Of a stretch of 57,279 bases of DNA, positions 17,200-25,716 are shown in pieces. The notes beneath the pieces are model-generated. The model searched no databases and was not told the origin of the DNA. It saw only the letters and a program-made list of their open reading frames with translations. The DNA is from a virus (taxonomy: Duplodnaviria > Caudoviricetes). Every line of letters starts with the position of its first letter. Within the stretch, counting starts at the first letter, position 1. The stretch spans positions 1-57,279 of the IMG/VR virus record IMGVR_UViG_3300017716_003587; one strand, written 5' to 3'. A program made the position numbers and the translations under genes.

Positions 17200-17579
17200 T
17201 GAGCTGGGATGCCGACCTGTCGTGTGACTGTTGTGGTCACGACGTGGGTGAGTGGAACTACACCCACAACACGAACGGGATGATCGCTGCTGCCCGCGAG
17301 GCGATCGGTCATGCCGACGCCCACGAGTTGGGCAGCACCCACCCGATCATGCAGGCCATCGGGCCGCCCTGGTGGAAGGTGCTCGACGGGATGTCGGGGG
17401 CCGCTGGTGCCCGCTACCTGGGCGACATCATCACCTCACTTGAGGCTGACCCGGAGCGGTACCGGGCGATGAACCCCGAGAACGGCTGGGGGTCGTACGA
17501 CTCGCTGCTCGGCATACTGCGGGACATGCGGGACCACTCGGCCGCGGAGCACCCGATGACGTGGCGGTGCTCGGGATGA
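17199..17579 (+). CDS. Conserved phage hypothetical protein
   Basis: MSWDADL...NYTHN...RAMNPENGWGSYD motif. Confidence 0.7.
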   Translation: MSWDADLSCDCCGHDVGEWNYTHNTNGMIAAAREAIGHADAHELGSTHPIMQAIGPPWWKVLDGMSGAAGARYLGDIITSLEADPERYRAMNPENGWGSYDSLLGILRDMRDHSAAEHPMTWRCSG

Positions 17580-18160
17580 TCGTTCGGCTCACCGACAAGC
17601 AGTACAAGACGTTCGGGAACTACGTGCCCGACGACATCGCCCACCTGTTCACCCACGACTCGTGGCGAACCAACGACACGACCGTCGATGTCCGGGCGCC
17701 GTATGTGGCGTGGGAGATCGCGCTCGAGGGGATCTCCCACCGACTGTTCGTGCAGGGCTTGGGTAGAAACCCCGGCGATCGGAAGCGGATGAAGTCGCTG
17801 TTGATGCGGATCTCGAAGCCGATGAACGTCATCCTGATGCATCCGGCGCTGCGGGGGCAGGCGATGGTCGGGTCGCTGATGGACATCTTCTGCGGCTGGC
17901 CGATCGAGCAGGACCGGTTCGGCCGGCGGTGGTTGCCGTCGATCCGCAACGTCACCACCGCGCTGCCCGACGCCCACTTCCAGATGCTCACCCCGCAGTG
18001 GGGGTTCATCAACGGCGCCGAGTACACCGAGTGGACGTGGGCGAACCCGGTGGTCGCGCCGCCGCTGTGGATCTACGCCCCGCCGCTGAACGAGGCGCTC
18101 AACCAGCGAACAGCGCTTCCAACCCTCCGTCCAGCATCGCCATCTGGCGCTCCAGGCTGA
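17576..18160 (+). CDS. Hypothetical protein (last rightward gene)
   Basis: ATGA overlap; 3' end overlaps convergent terminase. Confidence 0.65.
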   Translation: MIVRLTDKQYKTFGNYVPDDIAHLFTHDSWRTNDTTVDVRAPYVAWEIALEGISHRLFVQGLGRNPGDRKRMKSLLMRISKPMNVILMHPALRGQAMVGSLMDIFCGWPIEQDRFGRRWLPSIRNVTTALPDAHFQMLTPQWGFINGAEYTEWTWANPVVAPPLWIYAPPLNEALNQRTALPTLRPASPSGAPG

Positions 18161-19667
18161 TCGTCGGCATGTCGACACCCGGGATGAACATCTCGGTGGC
18201 GCCGTGGCCGAGGAGCTCCATCGTCGCGTAGGCGGCGGTGTCGATCTGGTCGTCGTGCTTCGGCTTGCGGCCGTCGCCCATCATGCCGGCGTGCTCGGTG
18301 ATGAACGCCTGCACATCCCAGCCGACCGAGCCCTTGTTCGGCAGGTGGAAGTTGCCCTTGTGGACCTCGGCTGAGTACGGGGTGGCGCGCGACTCCTTGT
18401 CGCCCTCGGCCTTCGCCGGGTCAACGACGTGGCCGATGAGCAGCCGGCGCATCGACTCGGTGACCGTCTTGCCCGAGCCGCCCTTCTCCTCCTCGAACAT
18501 CACCTTCACGCCGAAGCCGTCGAGCGCAGCCACGCGTTCCACTTCGTCGTAGACGGCACCCGAGTTCTTCCTGAACCGGCGCACGTCCAGCACGTAGAAC
18601 TTGCGGCCCTTGCGTCCGACGAGCGTGCCGACCGTCCAGTCGCCGCCGCCGTCGGTCGCGGCGATGTCCCAGACGCGCACTGCCTTGTCCATGTCGTCGA
18701 CGTTGATCTCGGCCGGGTCGTAGAACTGCCACTTCTCCCGAGGGAACATCCCACCTTCGCGTGACGACGGCCGCTGCTGGTACAGGCACGACCAGGTGAA
18801 CACGTCCATGCTCGACCGCGCCTTGCGGAAGAAGTCGGACGGGTCGCGGCCGGGGATGCGGGAGAACCGGCAGTCGAGCACCTCACCTTCGAGCCGGCCG
18901 AGGATGTCGCGCCACTTCTCCTGCTCGTCGTCGGTGAGCTCGACGTCGTCGGGCGGCATCGCGAACGCCGGGAACTCGAGCACCTCCCACTGCGGGCCGT
19001 CGTAGCCGGGCTCGGCCATGCGTGCCTGCAGGGCGCCCGACAGGTCGTCTTCGGCCCAGCGCGTCGCGATGATGATGACGGTGCCGCCCGGCTGCATGCG
19101 CCGGTTGATGGTGCCGTCCCACTCTGCGAGGTGCAGCTTCTTCGTGGCGACCGACGCCGCCTCCTGCGCGTTCTTGATGAGGTCGTCGATGATGATGACG
19201 TGGCCGGGCTTGCCGGTGATGAGGCCGCCGATGCCGACCGAGAGCATGCCGCCACGGTGGCCGGCGATCCGCCAGTCGGTGGCGGTCTGGAAGTCGGGAT
19301 CGATCGAGGTGCCGAACAGCTCCTGGCCGTACACGTTGTGAAGGCCTCGCACGTCCTTGCCGCGTGCGGTCGAGAAGTCGTCGGAGTACGAGATGTACAT
19401 CAGGTTCTTGTCGGGGAACATCCCGGTCACCCAGAACGGCAGCAGCATCCCGCACCAGCTCGACTTCCCGGTCTGTGGCGGGGCGTTGATGATGATGTAC
19501 CGTTCGTGCGTGTCGTCCGCGATGGCGTCGATGACGCGCTGCTCCATGTAGGAGATCCACGGGTACAGCACCCACGGGTGACCGAAGATCCGTTCGCCGT
19601 AGTGGATGCCGATCGCCGAGGGCAGGGCAATCTTCTTGAGGTGCTCGAGTTCGTCAGTCGTCGCCAT
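18099..19667 (-). CDS. terL: Terminase large subunit
   Basis: INAPPQTGKS Walker A, IIIDDLIK Walker B, IATRWAEDD coupling motif, WDIA and HDDQID nuclease motifs. Confidence 0.93.
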   Translation of the reverse strand: MATTDELEHLKKIALPSAIGIHYGERIFGHPWVLYPWISYMEQRVIDAIADDTHERYIIINAPPQTGKSSWCGMLLPFWVTGMFPDKNLMYISYSDDFSTARGKDVRGLHNVYGQELFGTSIDPDFQTATDWRIAGHRGGMLSVGIGGLITGKPGHVIIIDDLIKNAQEAASVATKKLHLAEWDGTINRRMQPGGTVIIIATRWAEDDLSGALQARMAEPGYDGPQWEVLEFPAFAMPPDDVELTDDEQEKWRDILGRLEGEVLDCRFSRIPGRDPSDFFRKARSSMDVFTWSCLYQQRPSSREGGMFPREKWQFYDPAEINVDDMDKAVRVWDIAATDGGGDWTVGTLVGRKGRKFYVLDVRRFRKNSGAVYDEVERVAALDGFGVKVMFEEEKGGSGKTVTESMRRLLIGHVVDPAKAEGDKESRATPYSAEVHKGNFHLPNKGSVGWDVQAFITEHAGMMGDGRKPKHDDQIDTAAYATMELLGHGATEMFIPGVDMPTISLERQMAMLDGGLEALFAG

Positions 19668-20127
19668 CGTCGTCTTCCACCAGTTCGGCCTCGATGATCT
19701 CCTCGACGCCCTGGTTGAGCGCCTGCATGCCGCTGGCCCCATGGGTGGCGAGGAGCGCTCGGGCTGCTTCCTTCACGGACTCGACGGACTGGATGGTGAC
19801 GGTGGCATCGGTGCGGACCTCGATGCGCTTCACGTCACGCCAGCGGTCGGCGCGCCGGTTGAACAGCACCATCGTGATCGCCGCCATGTTGCCCTCTTGG
19901 GCCTTGCGGACCAGGGTTGCTTCGACGGTGTCGATGCTGCGCTCGATGGATGCAGAGACGAGTTCAGCGAACTCGGGGTCGGCCATGATCTCGCGGACCT
20001 TCTTCGGGTTCCACTGGAGTTCGTGGCCGGCGAGGAGCGGGGGGCAGCCGTTGGCGACGCGTTCGAGGAAGGTCTCCTTCTCCGCGATGTCCAAGAACAT
20101 CTGGTCGTCGAAGCCGCCGTCGCTCAT
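19654..20127 (-). CDS. Probable terminase small subunit
   Basis: Immediately upstream of terL; HTH-like N-terminus, DPEFAE...VEATLVRKAQEGNMAAITMVLFNRRADRWRD. Confidence 0.7.
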   Translation of the reverse strand: MSDGGFDDQMFLDIAEKETFLERVANGCPPLLAGHELQWNPKKVREIMADPEFAELVSASIERSIDTVEATLVRKAQEGNMAAITMVLFNRRADRWRDVKRIEVRTDATVTIQSVESVKEAARALLATHGASGMQALNQGVEEIIEAELVEDDDGDD

Positions 20128-20411
20128 GCTTCGATCCACCGCCACACGATGAGCGACCCGGAGCAGGCGGCCAGCCACACGAACACGGGCAGCGGCACGC
20201 TGACGTACGCGTCGGCGGTAGCGGTCGCGCCGGCCGCCACCCAGACGGAGAAGCAGAACGGGCAGGTGAGCAGTTCGTACACCTTCAGGCGCAGCCCTCG
20301 ACCGGCGAGCAGCCACCCGTAGATGGACGCCCGCGGCGCTTCGATGAGCGAGTCGGTGATGAAGAAGCGGGTCACCCGGTAGGTGACGAGCGACAAGACG
20401 GCGATGAGCAT
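20124..20411 (-). CDS. DUF1360-like membrane protein
   Basis: LVTYRVTRFFITDSLIEAPR...ELLTCPFCFSVWVA. Confidence 0.75.
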   Translation of the reverse strand: MLIAVLSLVTYRVTRFFITDSLIEAPRASIYGWLLAGRGLRLKVYELLTCPFCFSVWVAAGATATADAYVSVPLPVFVWLAACSGSLIVWRWIEA

Positions 20412-20707
20412 CAGCACGTCTGGCACCCTCGCGGTTCGATGCGGACCGTGATGCGGGCCTCGCCGACCTTGACGCCCCCTTCGCCGATCAGCTGGGCGGA
20501 GGTGCCGGTCGCTTCGATGCGGCCGTCGCGCAGCTCCTCGACGGTGGCGTTGGTGAGGGTGTCCATCTCCTCGAACCGGCCCTTCGTCGGGTTGTAGGTC
20601 GAGACCTTCACCGTGTCGCCGAGGATGCTGAGCATGGACCGGCGCGAGGTCTGGTCGTCGTTGATGCCGCCGATCCACTGGACGGGGCCCTTGTAGGTGC
20701 TGTTCAT
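20411..20707 (-). CDS. Hypothetical protein
   Basis: ORF, codon bias, leaderless-type start. Confidence 0.7.
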   Translation of the reverse strand: MNSTYKGPVQWIGGINDDQTSRRSMLSILGDTVKVSTYNPTKGRFEEMDTLTNATVEELRDGRIEATGTSAQLIGEGGVKVGEARITVRIEPRGCQTC

Positions 20708-20716
20708 GGAAACATG

Positions 20717-21202
20717 TTAGGCGGCGTCGGCGGCGTCGGCCAGCGCTCGGAGGCGAGGAATCCATTGCTGCAGCGGGACGCCTTCCTCCTCGGCGAGAGC
20801 GATGAGCGCCTCGAAGTCGTCCTGCTTCGCGAGCCACGTCAGGTCGATGATCTTCATCGACCACGTGCCGGCCAGCATCCGGGCCCGCACCGCGTAGGTG
20901 GCGCAGGCGTACTGGACGGGGCAGGAGTGGCACGACATCAACGCCAACTCGATCAGCTCCGAGCCGCGCAGGGTGACCTTGCGCCCGCCGTCGACGATGG
21001 TGACCCGCTGCTTCGGGTCGAACTGCCAGGGCGTCGGGGTGAGTTCGTCCTCGGCGTTCCAGCCTCGGCACTTCCCACGTGACGCCCAGGTGCGATCGTG
21101 TTCGTATGCGGCGGTGATCAGGACACCGAGTTCTTCGATGTCGCCGTCACACAGCTTGAGCCTGGTCAACTGGCGCGTATCATACCGATGTGGGAGATCC
21201 AT
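20717..21202 (-). CDS. WhiB-like (Wbl) Fe-S transcription factor, divergent
   Basis: WASRGKCRG...CHSCPVQYAC...AGTWS. Confidence 0.7.
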   Translation of the reverse strand: MDLPHRYDTRQLTRLKLCDGDIEELGVLITAAYEHDRTWASRGKCRGWNAEDELTPTPWQFDPKQRVTIVDGGRKVTLRGSELIELALMSCHSCPVQYACATYAVRARMLAGTWSMKIIDLTWLAKQDDFEALIALAEEEGVPLQQWIPRLRALADAADAA

Positions 21203-21462
21203 CGGAGGGACCGGACGCCAGGCGCCGCAAGGTGTACATGCTGGCGAAGCAGCTGGGGATGACCCGCGAGGACCGGGTCCAGTTCGCCGAGGTGCTGCTG
21301 TGGAAGGACGTCGGGTCGTGGAAAGACCTCGTCGACGAGGACATCCAGCGGCTGCTCGACGCCTTCGAGGGCTACGCGCTGATCAGCTACCTGCGTACAC
21401 AGCAAGAACCGCCTCGTCGCACAGAGCCGACGTCGGGACGTTCTCCAGCGACGACGACCTGA
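21190..21462 (+). CDS. Small helical protein, weakly GemA/Mu gp16-like
   Basis: RRKVYMLAKQLGMTREDR...SWKDLVDEDIQRLLD; TATCAT 6 nt before GTG. Confidence 0.6.
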   Translation: MGDPSEGPDARRRKVYMLAKQLGMTREDRVQFAEVLLWKDVGSWKDLVDEDIQRLLDAFEGYALISYLRTQQEPPRRTEPTSGRSPATTT

Positions 21463-21652
21463 TCTCCCGGGCGTAGGCGGCGGCCTCGACCAGTTTGTCC
21501 TTGCGGAACAGCCGTTCCTGGTCGGTGCCTCGGGCGACGACGTAGATGGAGCGGCCGGCGTACGGGCCGGTGCTGTGCAGCTTGGTGCAGTCCGGGTACG
21601 CGGCCAGCCGGTAGGAGCCCTGGCTGCTCGGGCGAGTCGTTGTGACGCTCAC
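21383..21652 (-). CDS. Hypothetical protein
   Basis: ORF with good codon bias; 3' end overlaps the convergent gene. Confidence 0.5.
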   Translation of the reverse strand: MSVTTTRPSSQGSYRLAAYPDCTKLHSTGPYAGRSIYVVARGTDQERLFRKDKLVEAAAYAREIRSSSLENVPTSALCDEAVLAVYAGS

Positions 21653-21699
21653 GGCGTCACGCTTCTTCCCTCCGCCTCAACCCATCAGAGCATCACCCT

Positions 21700-21870
21700 C
21701 TACGGTTCGTGGACGACGGTGAGGCGAACCTGTGCGGCCGAGCCACGCAACGAACCGGCGAGAGCCGGGTCGAGCACCTCGAGACGATCCGCGGCGAGAC
21801 GAGACAGCTCGGTGAGGTCGTCGACCACCGAAGCGGGGACCACAACCATGCGTCCGTCGAGTGCGTTCAT
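21700..21870 (-). CDS. Small hypothetical protein
   Basis: MNALDGRMVVVPASVVDDL...; CATGAT 7 nt upstream. Confidence 0.55.
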   Translation of the reverse strand: MNALDGRMVVVPASVVDDLTELSRLAADRLEVLDPALAGSLRGSAAQVRLTVVHEP

Positions 21871-21890
21871 GCCCCCCATCATGCACGATT

Positions 21891-21909
21891 CGTTTGCGGT
21901 GCGCAAACG
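21891..21909. promoter_or_regulatory. Palindromic operator candidate CGTTTGC-N5-GCAAACG
   Basis: Same arms as 5783-5801; just upstream of the -10 of gene 21700-21870. Confidence 0.6.
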
Positions 21910-22006
21910 GGGATTACGGGATGGGTGGGCGTGCTGGGTGGGCAGCAGCAGCCTGATCGCCTGGAATCGAGCCCAAGCGATCAGGCTGCGGACCCTGCCG
22001 ACGGGG

Positions 22007-22324
22007 TCAGCTGCCGCCACCGATGCCCTTCGAAGGGGCGATCTTCGTGTCGATCGCGTGCGGCTTCCACAGGGAGATGTAGCCGACGTTCGCAGTGATG
22101 AACGAGATGACCGCGAACAGCAGCATCTCCTTGGTGAACAGCGCCGAGCCGTCTGCCTGTGTGGCCGCCACGACGAAACCGTTGACGGCGGCGAGGAAGG
22201 CGGTGACGAGCTGCTTCACGGTCGGGGATGCGGTCACCTTGGTGAGCAGCGCCGTGACGAGCGGGATCAGGTAGCTGATGAGCAGCGTCACGAGGAACGC
22301 CGACAGGGTGATGGTGGTGGTCAT
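22007..22324 (-). CDS. Holin
   Basis: Three hydrophobic helices, IPLVTALLTK motif, lysis-cassette position. Confidence 0.7.
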   Translation of the reverse strand: MTTTITLSAFLVTLLISYLIPLVTALLTKVTASPTVKQLVTAFLAAVNGFVVAATQADGSALFTKEMLLFAVISFITANVGYISLWKPHAIDTKIAPSKGIGGGS

Positions 22325-22333
22325 GCTTCTCCT

Positions 22334-22750
22334 TCAGTCCCCGCCACTGGCGGGATCGGTAACTGGGATCTCTCCGGACGGCCGTTCGTTCTCGAGCTGT
22401 TCGAGTCGCTGGTCACCGGACACGATGTGACGCCGGACCTCGTCCAGCTGCCGTTCGAGGCTGGCCAGACGCGTCAGGCATCGCTGCTCCGCCTCCTGAG
22501 CTCGACGGGCCTCGTCGCGGGCGAGGCGCGCGTCTTCTCGAGCGGCGCTGGCCGCCGTCTGCGCTTCGGCGGAGGCGGTCCTGGCGTGCTCGGCATCGGC
22601 CCTGGCGTCAGCTGCGTCTTCGCGTGCGGCGTTCAGCACGGCGCGCCAGCCGTCGCCCTGCTGCCAGAACGTCCGGAAGACCAGGAGTAGAACCGTGCCG
22701 GCGATGCTGAGCCCGATGATGCTGGAGCCGTCAAGTGTTTCGGCGAGCAT
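22334..22750 (-). CDS. Membrane-anchored coiled-coil lysis-cassette protein
   Basis: N-terminal TM helix followed by Ala/Arg/Glu coiled coil. Confidence 0.65.
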   Translation of the reverse strand: MLAETLDGSSIIGLSIAGTVLLLVFRTFWQQGDGWRAVLNAAREDAADARADAEHARTASAEAQTAASAAREDARLARDEARRAQEAEQRCLTRLASLERQLDEVRRHIVSGDQRLEQLENERPSGEIPVTDPASGGD

Positions 22751-23150
22751 TGTTCTCCTTGCGGTTACCCACCGCGATAGACCACGGCAGGATCGACTCC
22801 TGAAAGGCGACGAAGCCGAGGACTGCTGACATGATCCAGGTGGAGGCGGCGATCGTGAACGAGGCCAAGGTGGGTCCGTGCAGATGTCCGCTCAGCACTT
22901 CGTTGAAGATGGCGATGCCGCGGCCGAGTGAGCAGAACACGACAAGGGATCCCGCCGTGGCGACGACGGACCGCCGAGGGAAGACCGCCACGGCGACTGA
23001 GGCGGCGGCGGCGGCCATGGCGAAGACAGCCCACCAGCTGGCCCACAGCAGATAGTCGGGCGGGTAGACGAGGGTGCGTTGCGCGGTGATGCCGAAGCTG
23101 ATGGCGAGGATGCCGAGCACGAATCGGGGATGTATGTGGAGTCCACTCAT
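22731..23150 (-). CDS. Four-TM membrane protein (holin-like)
   Basis: MSGLHIHPRF...; hydrophobic; overlaps endolysin stop. Confidence 0.65.
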   Translation of the reverse strand: MSGLHIHPRFVLGILAISFGITAQRTLVYPPDYLLWASWWAVFAMAAAAASVAVAVFPRRSVVATAGSLVVFCSLGRGIAIFNEVLSGHLHGPTLASFTIAASTWIMSAVLGFVAFQESILPWSIAVGNRKENNARRNT

Positions 23151-23965
23151 ACGATGGGTGTTCCCGCATAGTGGTTGATGTCTGCACGCTTCATCCAGAA
23201 CGGGGTGGCGAGCGTGCCGTACTGCGGGTGGACCTCGAACAGCTTGTAGTCCGGGTGCTTGTAGAACGCGTTGAAGTCGGCCTCGGAGCGGAGATGGCTG
23301 ATGGACACGCCGTTCCAGACGCCGCGCCATCCGTTGGTGCGGTCCTCATCGATGCCGACGACGACGATCAGGTTGGGCATGGCAGGGTCCTCCGGGTTCG
23401 GCGGGATGGTGGGGAGCAGGTTGAGCAGCTCGACTTCGAAGACGTCCCACGGGAAGTTCGGGCCGACGTCGGTGTGGTCGGTGTCGCCCCACGCGTCGGA
23501 GACGTCGCCGTGGTCGCAGTACCCGCTGTCGCCGGCGAGCAGCTGGTTCGGGTTGAGGCGCACGAGCGGGAAGCCGTCGACGAGGTGCTTCTCGTAGACG
23601 AACTTGGCGGCGCCCCGGATGTGGTTGTAGCTGATCTGGTCGAGCCAGGCCTCGCGCGTCTGCGCTGCACGGCCCGGGATGCAGACGTGCCAGTGTGTCT
23701 TGTTCAGCGGCGGCGCCGCGTACGGGCCCGCCTGGGCGGTGGCGACCTCGATCCATCCGCCGACTCCATCGGTGACCCCGTGGTAGCCGGACCCGTACCT
23801 GCGAGGCGGGTTCGACCCAGGAATCACCCGGTCGCCGGGCAGCTTCAGGAAGGCGACGAGCGAGCCGGCGGCGTAGTCGCTGGACTCCGCGGTGTGCAGG
23901 ACGACGCCGGCCTTGCGGGTCGTGGACACGACCGAGTAGCGATCCGGGTGGAGGAGCATGCCCAT
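23147..23965 (-). CDS. Endolysin, N-acetylmuramoyl-L-alanine amidase (Amidase_2)
   Basis: VVLHTAE, YH, CDH, HTDVGPNFPW zinc-amidase motifs. Confidence 0.85.
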   Translation of the reverse strand: MGMLLHPDRYSVVSTTRKAGVVLHTAESSDYAAGSLVAFLKLPGDRVIPGSNPPRRYGSGYHGVTDGVGGWIEVATAQAGPYAAPPLNKTHWHVCIPGRAAQTREAWLDQISYNHIRGAAKFVYEKHLVDGFPLVRLNPNQLLAGDSGYCDHGDVSDAWGDTDHTDVGPNFPWDVFEVELLNLLPTIPPNPEDPAMPNLIVVVGIDEDRTNGWRGVWNGVSISHLRSEADFNAFYKHPDYKLFEVHPQYGTLATPFWMKRADINHYAGTPIV

Positions 23966-24004
23966 AGTGTGTCACTGGACGGGGCGATAGGTCGCCCCGT
24001 CGGG

Positions 24005-24592
24005 TCAGCTGGGGGTTCGCCAGTACGCCCAGAACTTGGCGTTGACGCCAGCAGCGTTGATGGCGCCGCCGCTGTTCTGGTAGGCCTGGAGCTCGACGTA
24101 GTCGCCTGCCACCAGCGTCAGATCGTCGTGGCCGTTGATGATCGTGCCCTGGCTGGCGTTCGGAATCTGGTGGTATCCGTAGCGCGTCGCTGCACCGTTG
24201 ACGATCAGCCAGCAGGTGGTGATGTTGGCCGCAGCGGCGAAGTCGACCTGGTAGCCGACGTGGTAGATCCCGCCGAGCCCTGTCGGGACGGTCAGGCGGG
24301 AGGTGTTCACGGAGGTGCTGTGGAAGGCGTCGGCGTCTTCCACTTCGGAGTCCCAGAGGACGGTGGTGTTGGTGTTGTTCGCAAGCGAGAACGTCCCGGT
24401 GCGCGTCACGCGTACTCGCGGCGCGCTTCCACCCATGAGGATCCAGTCGGTGCCGCTGTAGTACCAGAAGCGGTTGGTGTCGGTCTCGAAGATGACCCGG
24501 CCTTCGTACAGGCTGGTGCCGGTTGGGCGCGTCGACGAGGTGACGACGAGGACGTTGCCGATGTTCGAGAAGGAAGCAGGAAGGCAGCTCAT
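24005..24592 (-). CDS. Minor tail / fibre protein with C1q-like beta C-terminus
   Basis: VTSSTRPTG...GRVIFETDT; RLTVPTGLGGIY...LVAGDYVELQAYQNSG. Confidence 0.7.
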   Translation of the reverse strand: MSCLPASFSNIGNVLVVTSSTRPTGTSLYEGRVIFETDTNRFWYYSGTDWILMGGSAPRVRVTRTGTFSLANNTNTTVLWDSEVEDADAFHSTSVNTSRLTVPTGLGGIYHVGYQVDFAAAANITTCWLIVNGAATRYGYHQIPNASQGTIINGHDDLTLVAGDYVELQAYQNSGGAINAAGVNAKFWAYWRTPS

Positions 24593-25167
24593 GAGTAGCG
24601 GTCCACCATCCGGTAGCGGCCAGAGACGATGACGACGTCACTGACGGCCCAGGTGAACGGGATCGTCGACGACAGGTTCACGTTGCGAGCGTAGGTGCCG
24701 GACGCGTCGACAGCCGTCGGCGTGACGGTCGTGGTCGTGGTCGCGTACGCCGAGCCAGCGAAGCGCAAGATGCCGGACGCGTCGTAGAAGAACGACGAGG
24801 TGCCAGATTCGACGTCGTTGGCGCTGCCCTGGTACGCAAAGGGCAGCCCGACCACGAGGGCGCCCATGGTGGGAGCTGTGCCGAGTGTGATGCGAACCCA
24901 GAAGTCGACGAACCCGTCGGAGCGGTGTCGGGAGCCCTCGACGGTGCCGCCGCCACCGACGGTGAGCCCGGACGTCGTGGGAGTGTAGGTGCTGGGCGGC
25001 TCGGCCATCACGACCCAGCCGGTGCCGTCGTACATCAAGGTTCGGGCGGTGTCCGATTCGAAGATGTACTGGCCGGTGTAGCGGTTCGAGCCGGTCGGGC
25101 GCGTCGACGAGGTCACGTACATGACCTTGCCGATGAAGTCACCTCGGAGGCTGGCGTTGCAGGACAT
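24589..25167 (-). CDS. Minor tail / fibre protein
   Basis: Shares VTSSTRPTG...IFESDT N-terminus with neighbour; PFTWAVSD C-terminus. Confidence 0.7.
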   Translation of the reverse strand: MSCNASLRGDFIGKVMYVTSSTRPTGSNRYTGQYIFESDTARTLMYDGTGWVVMAEPPSTYTPTTSGLTVGGGGTVEGSRHRSDGFVDFWVRITLGTAPTMGALVVGLPFAYQGSANDVESGTSSFFYDASGILRFAGSAYATTTTTVTPTAVDASGTYARNVNLSSTIPFTWAVSDVVIVSGRYRMVDRYS

Positions 25168-25200
25168 CGCCGTCAGTCTCTCACGCGTCGACGGTGGAGG

Positions 25201-25716
25201 TCATGCGGCGACGTAGGTCAGGTGGCCGTGCCACTGATCATTGACCGCCCACGTCCACGGGCTGCCGGCTCCGAGCGCCGTGTTCGTGCCGATCGGGGCG
25301 GTCGCCGGGTAGTAGAACACGACGGATGTCGCCGAGAAGGTGTAGATCGTGCCTTCGCACGCGTTGCTGGTGTTCGAATCGAAAGCCCACCACTTGCCGG
25401 CGTGCTTGTAGGTGGTGTTCGCGTCGACCGGCAGGGTCATCCCGTAGAACCCGGACCCAGGGCTGTACCCGGAAGCCATCGTGATGCTGAACCACATGTT
25501 GACCATGTCGTCCTGGCGCACCCACACGGCTGTGAGGGTCGTGGCGGGGGTGGTGTTGCCGGGCTCGTAGCCGGTCGGGTTCGAGCCCGAACCGGTGAGC
25601 GACGGGGAGAAGCCGACCTTCGTGCTCGAGGGCGCGTAGCGACGGAGGCCAGCTTCGCCGAGTTGGCCTCCGCGCAGATTGTTGGCCAGGGCGTCGAAGG
25701 TGAACTTAGCCTTCAC
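25201..25716 (-). CDS. Minor tail protein
   Basis: GTG start overlapping upstream stop; PWTWAVND C-terminus like neighbour. Confidence 0.65.
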   Translation of the reverse strand: MKAKFTFDALANNLRGGQLGEAGLRRYAPSSTKVGFSPSLTGSGSNPTGYEPGNTTPATTLTAVWVRQDDMVNMWFSITMASGYSPGSGFYGMTLPVDANTTYKHAGKWWAFDSNTSNACEGTIYTFSATSVVFYYPATAPIGTNTALGAGSPWTWAVNDQWHGHLTYVAA

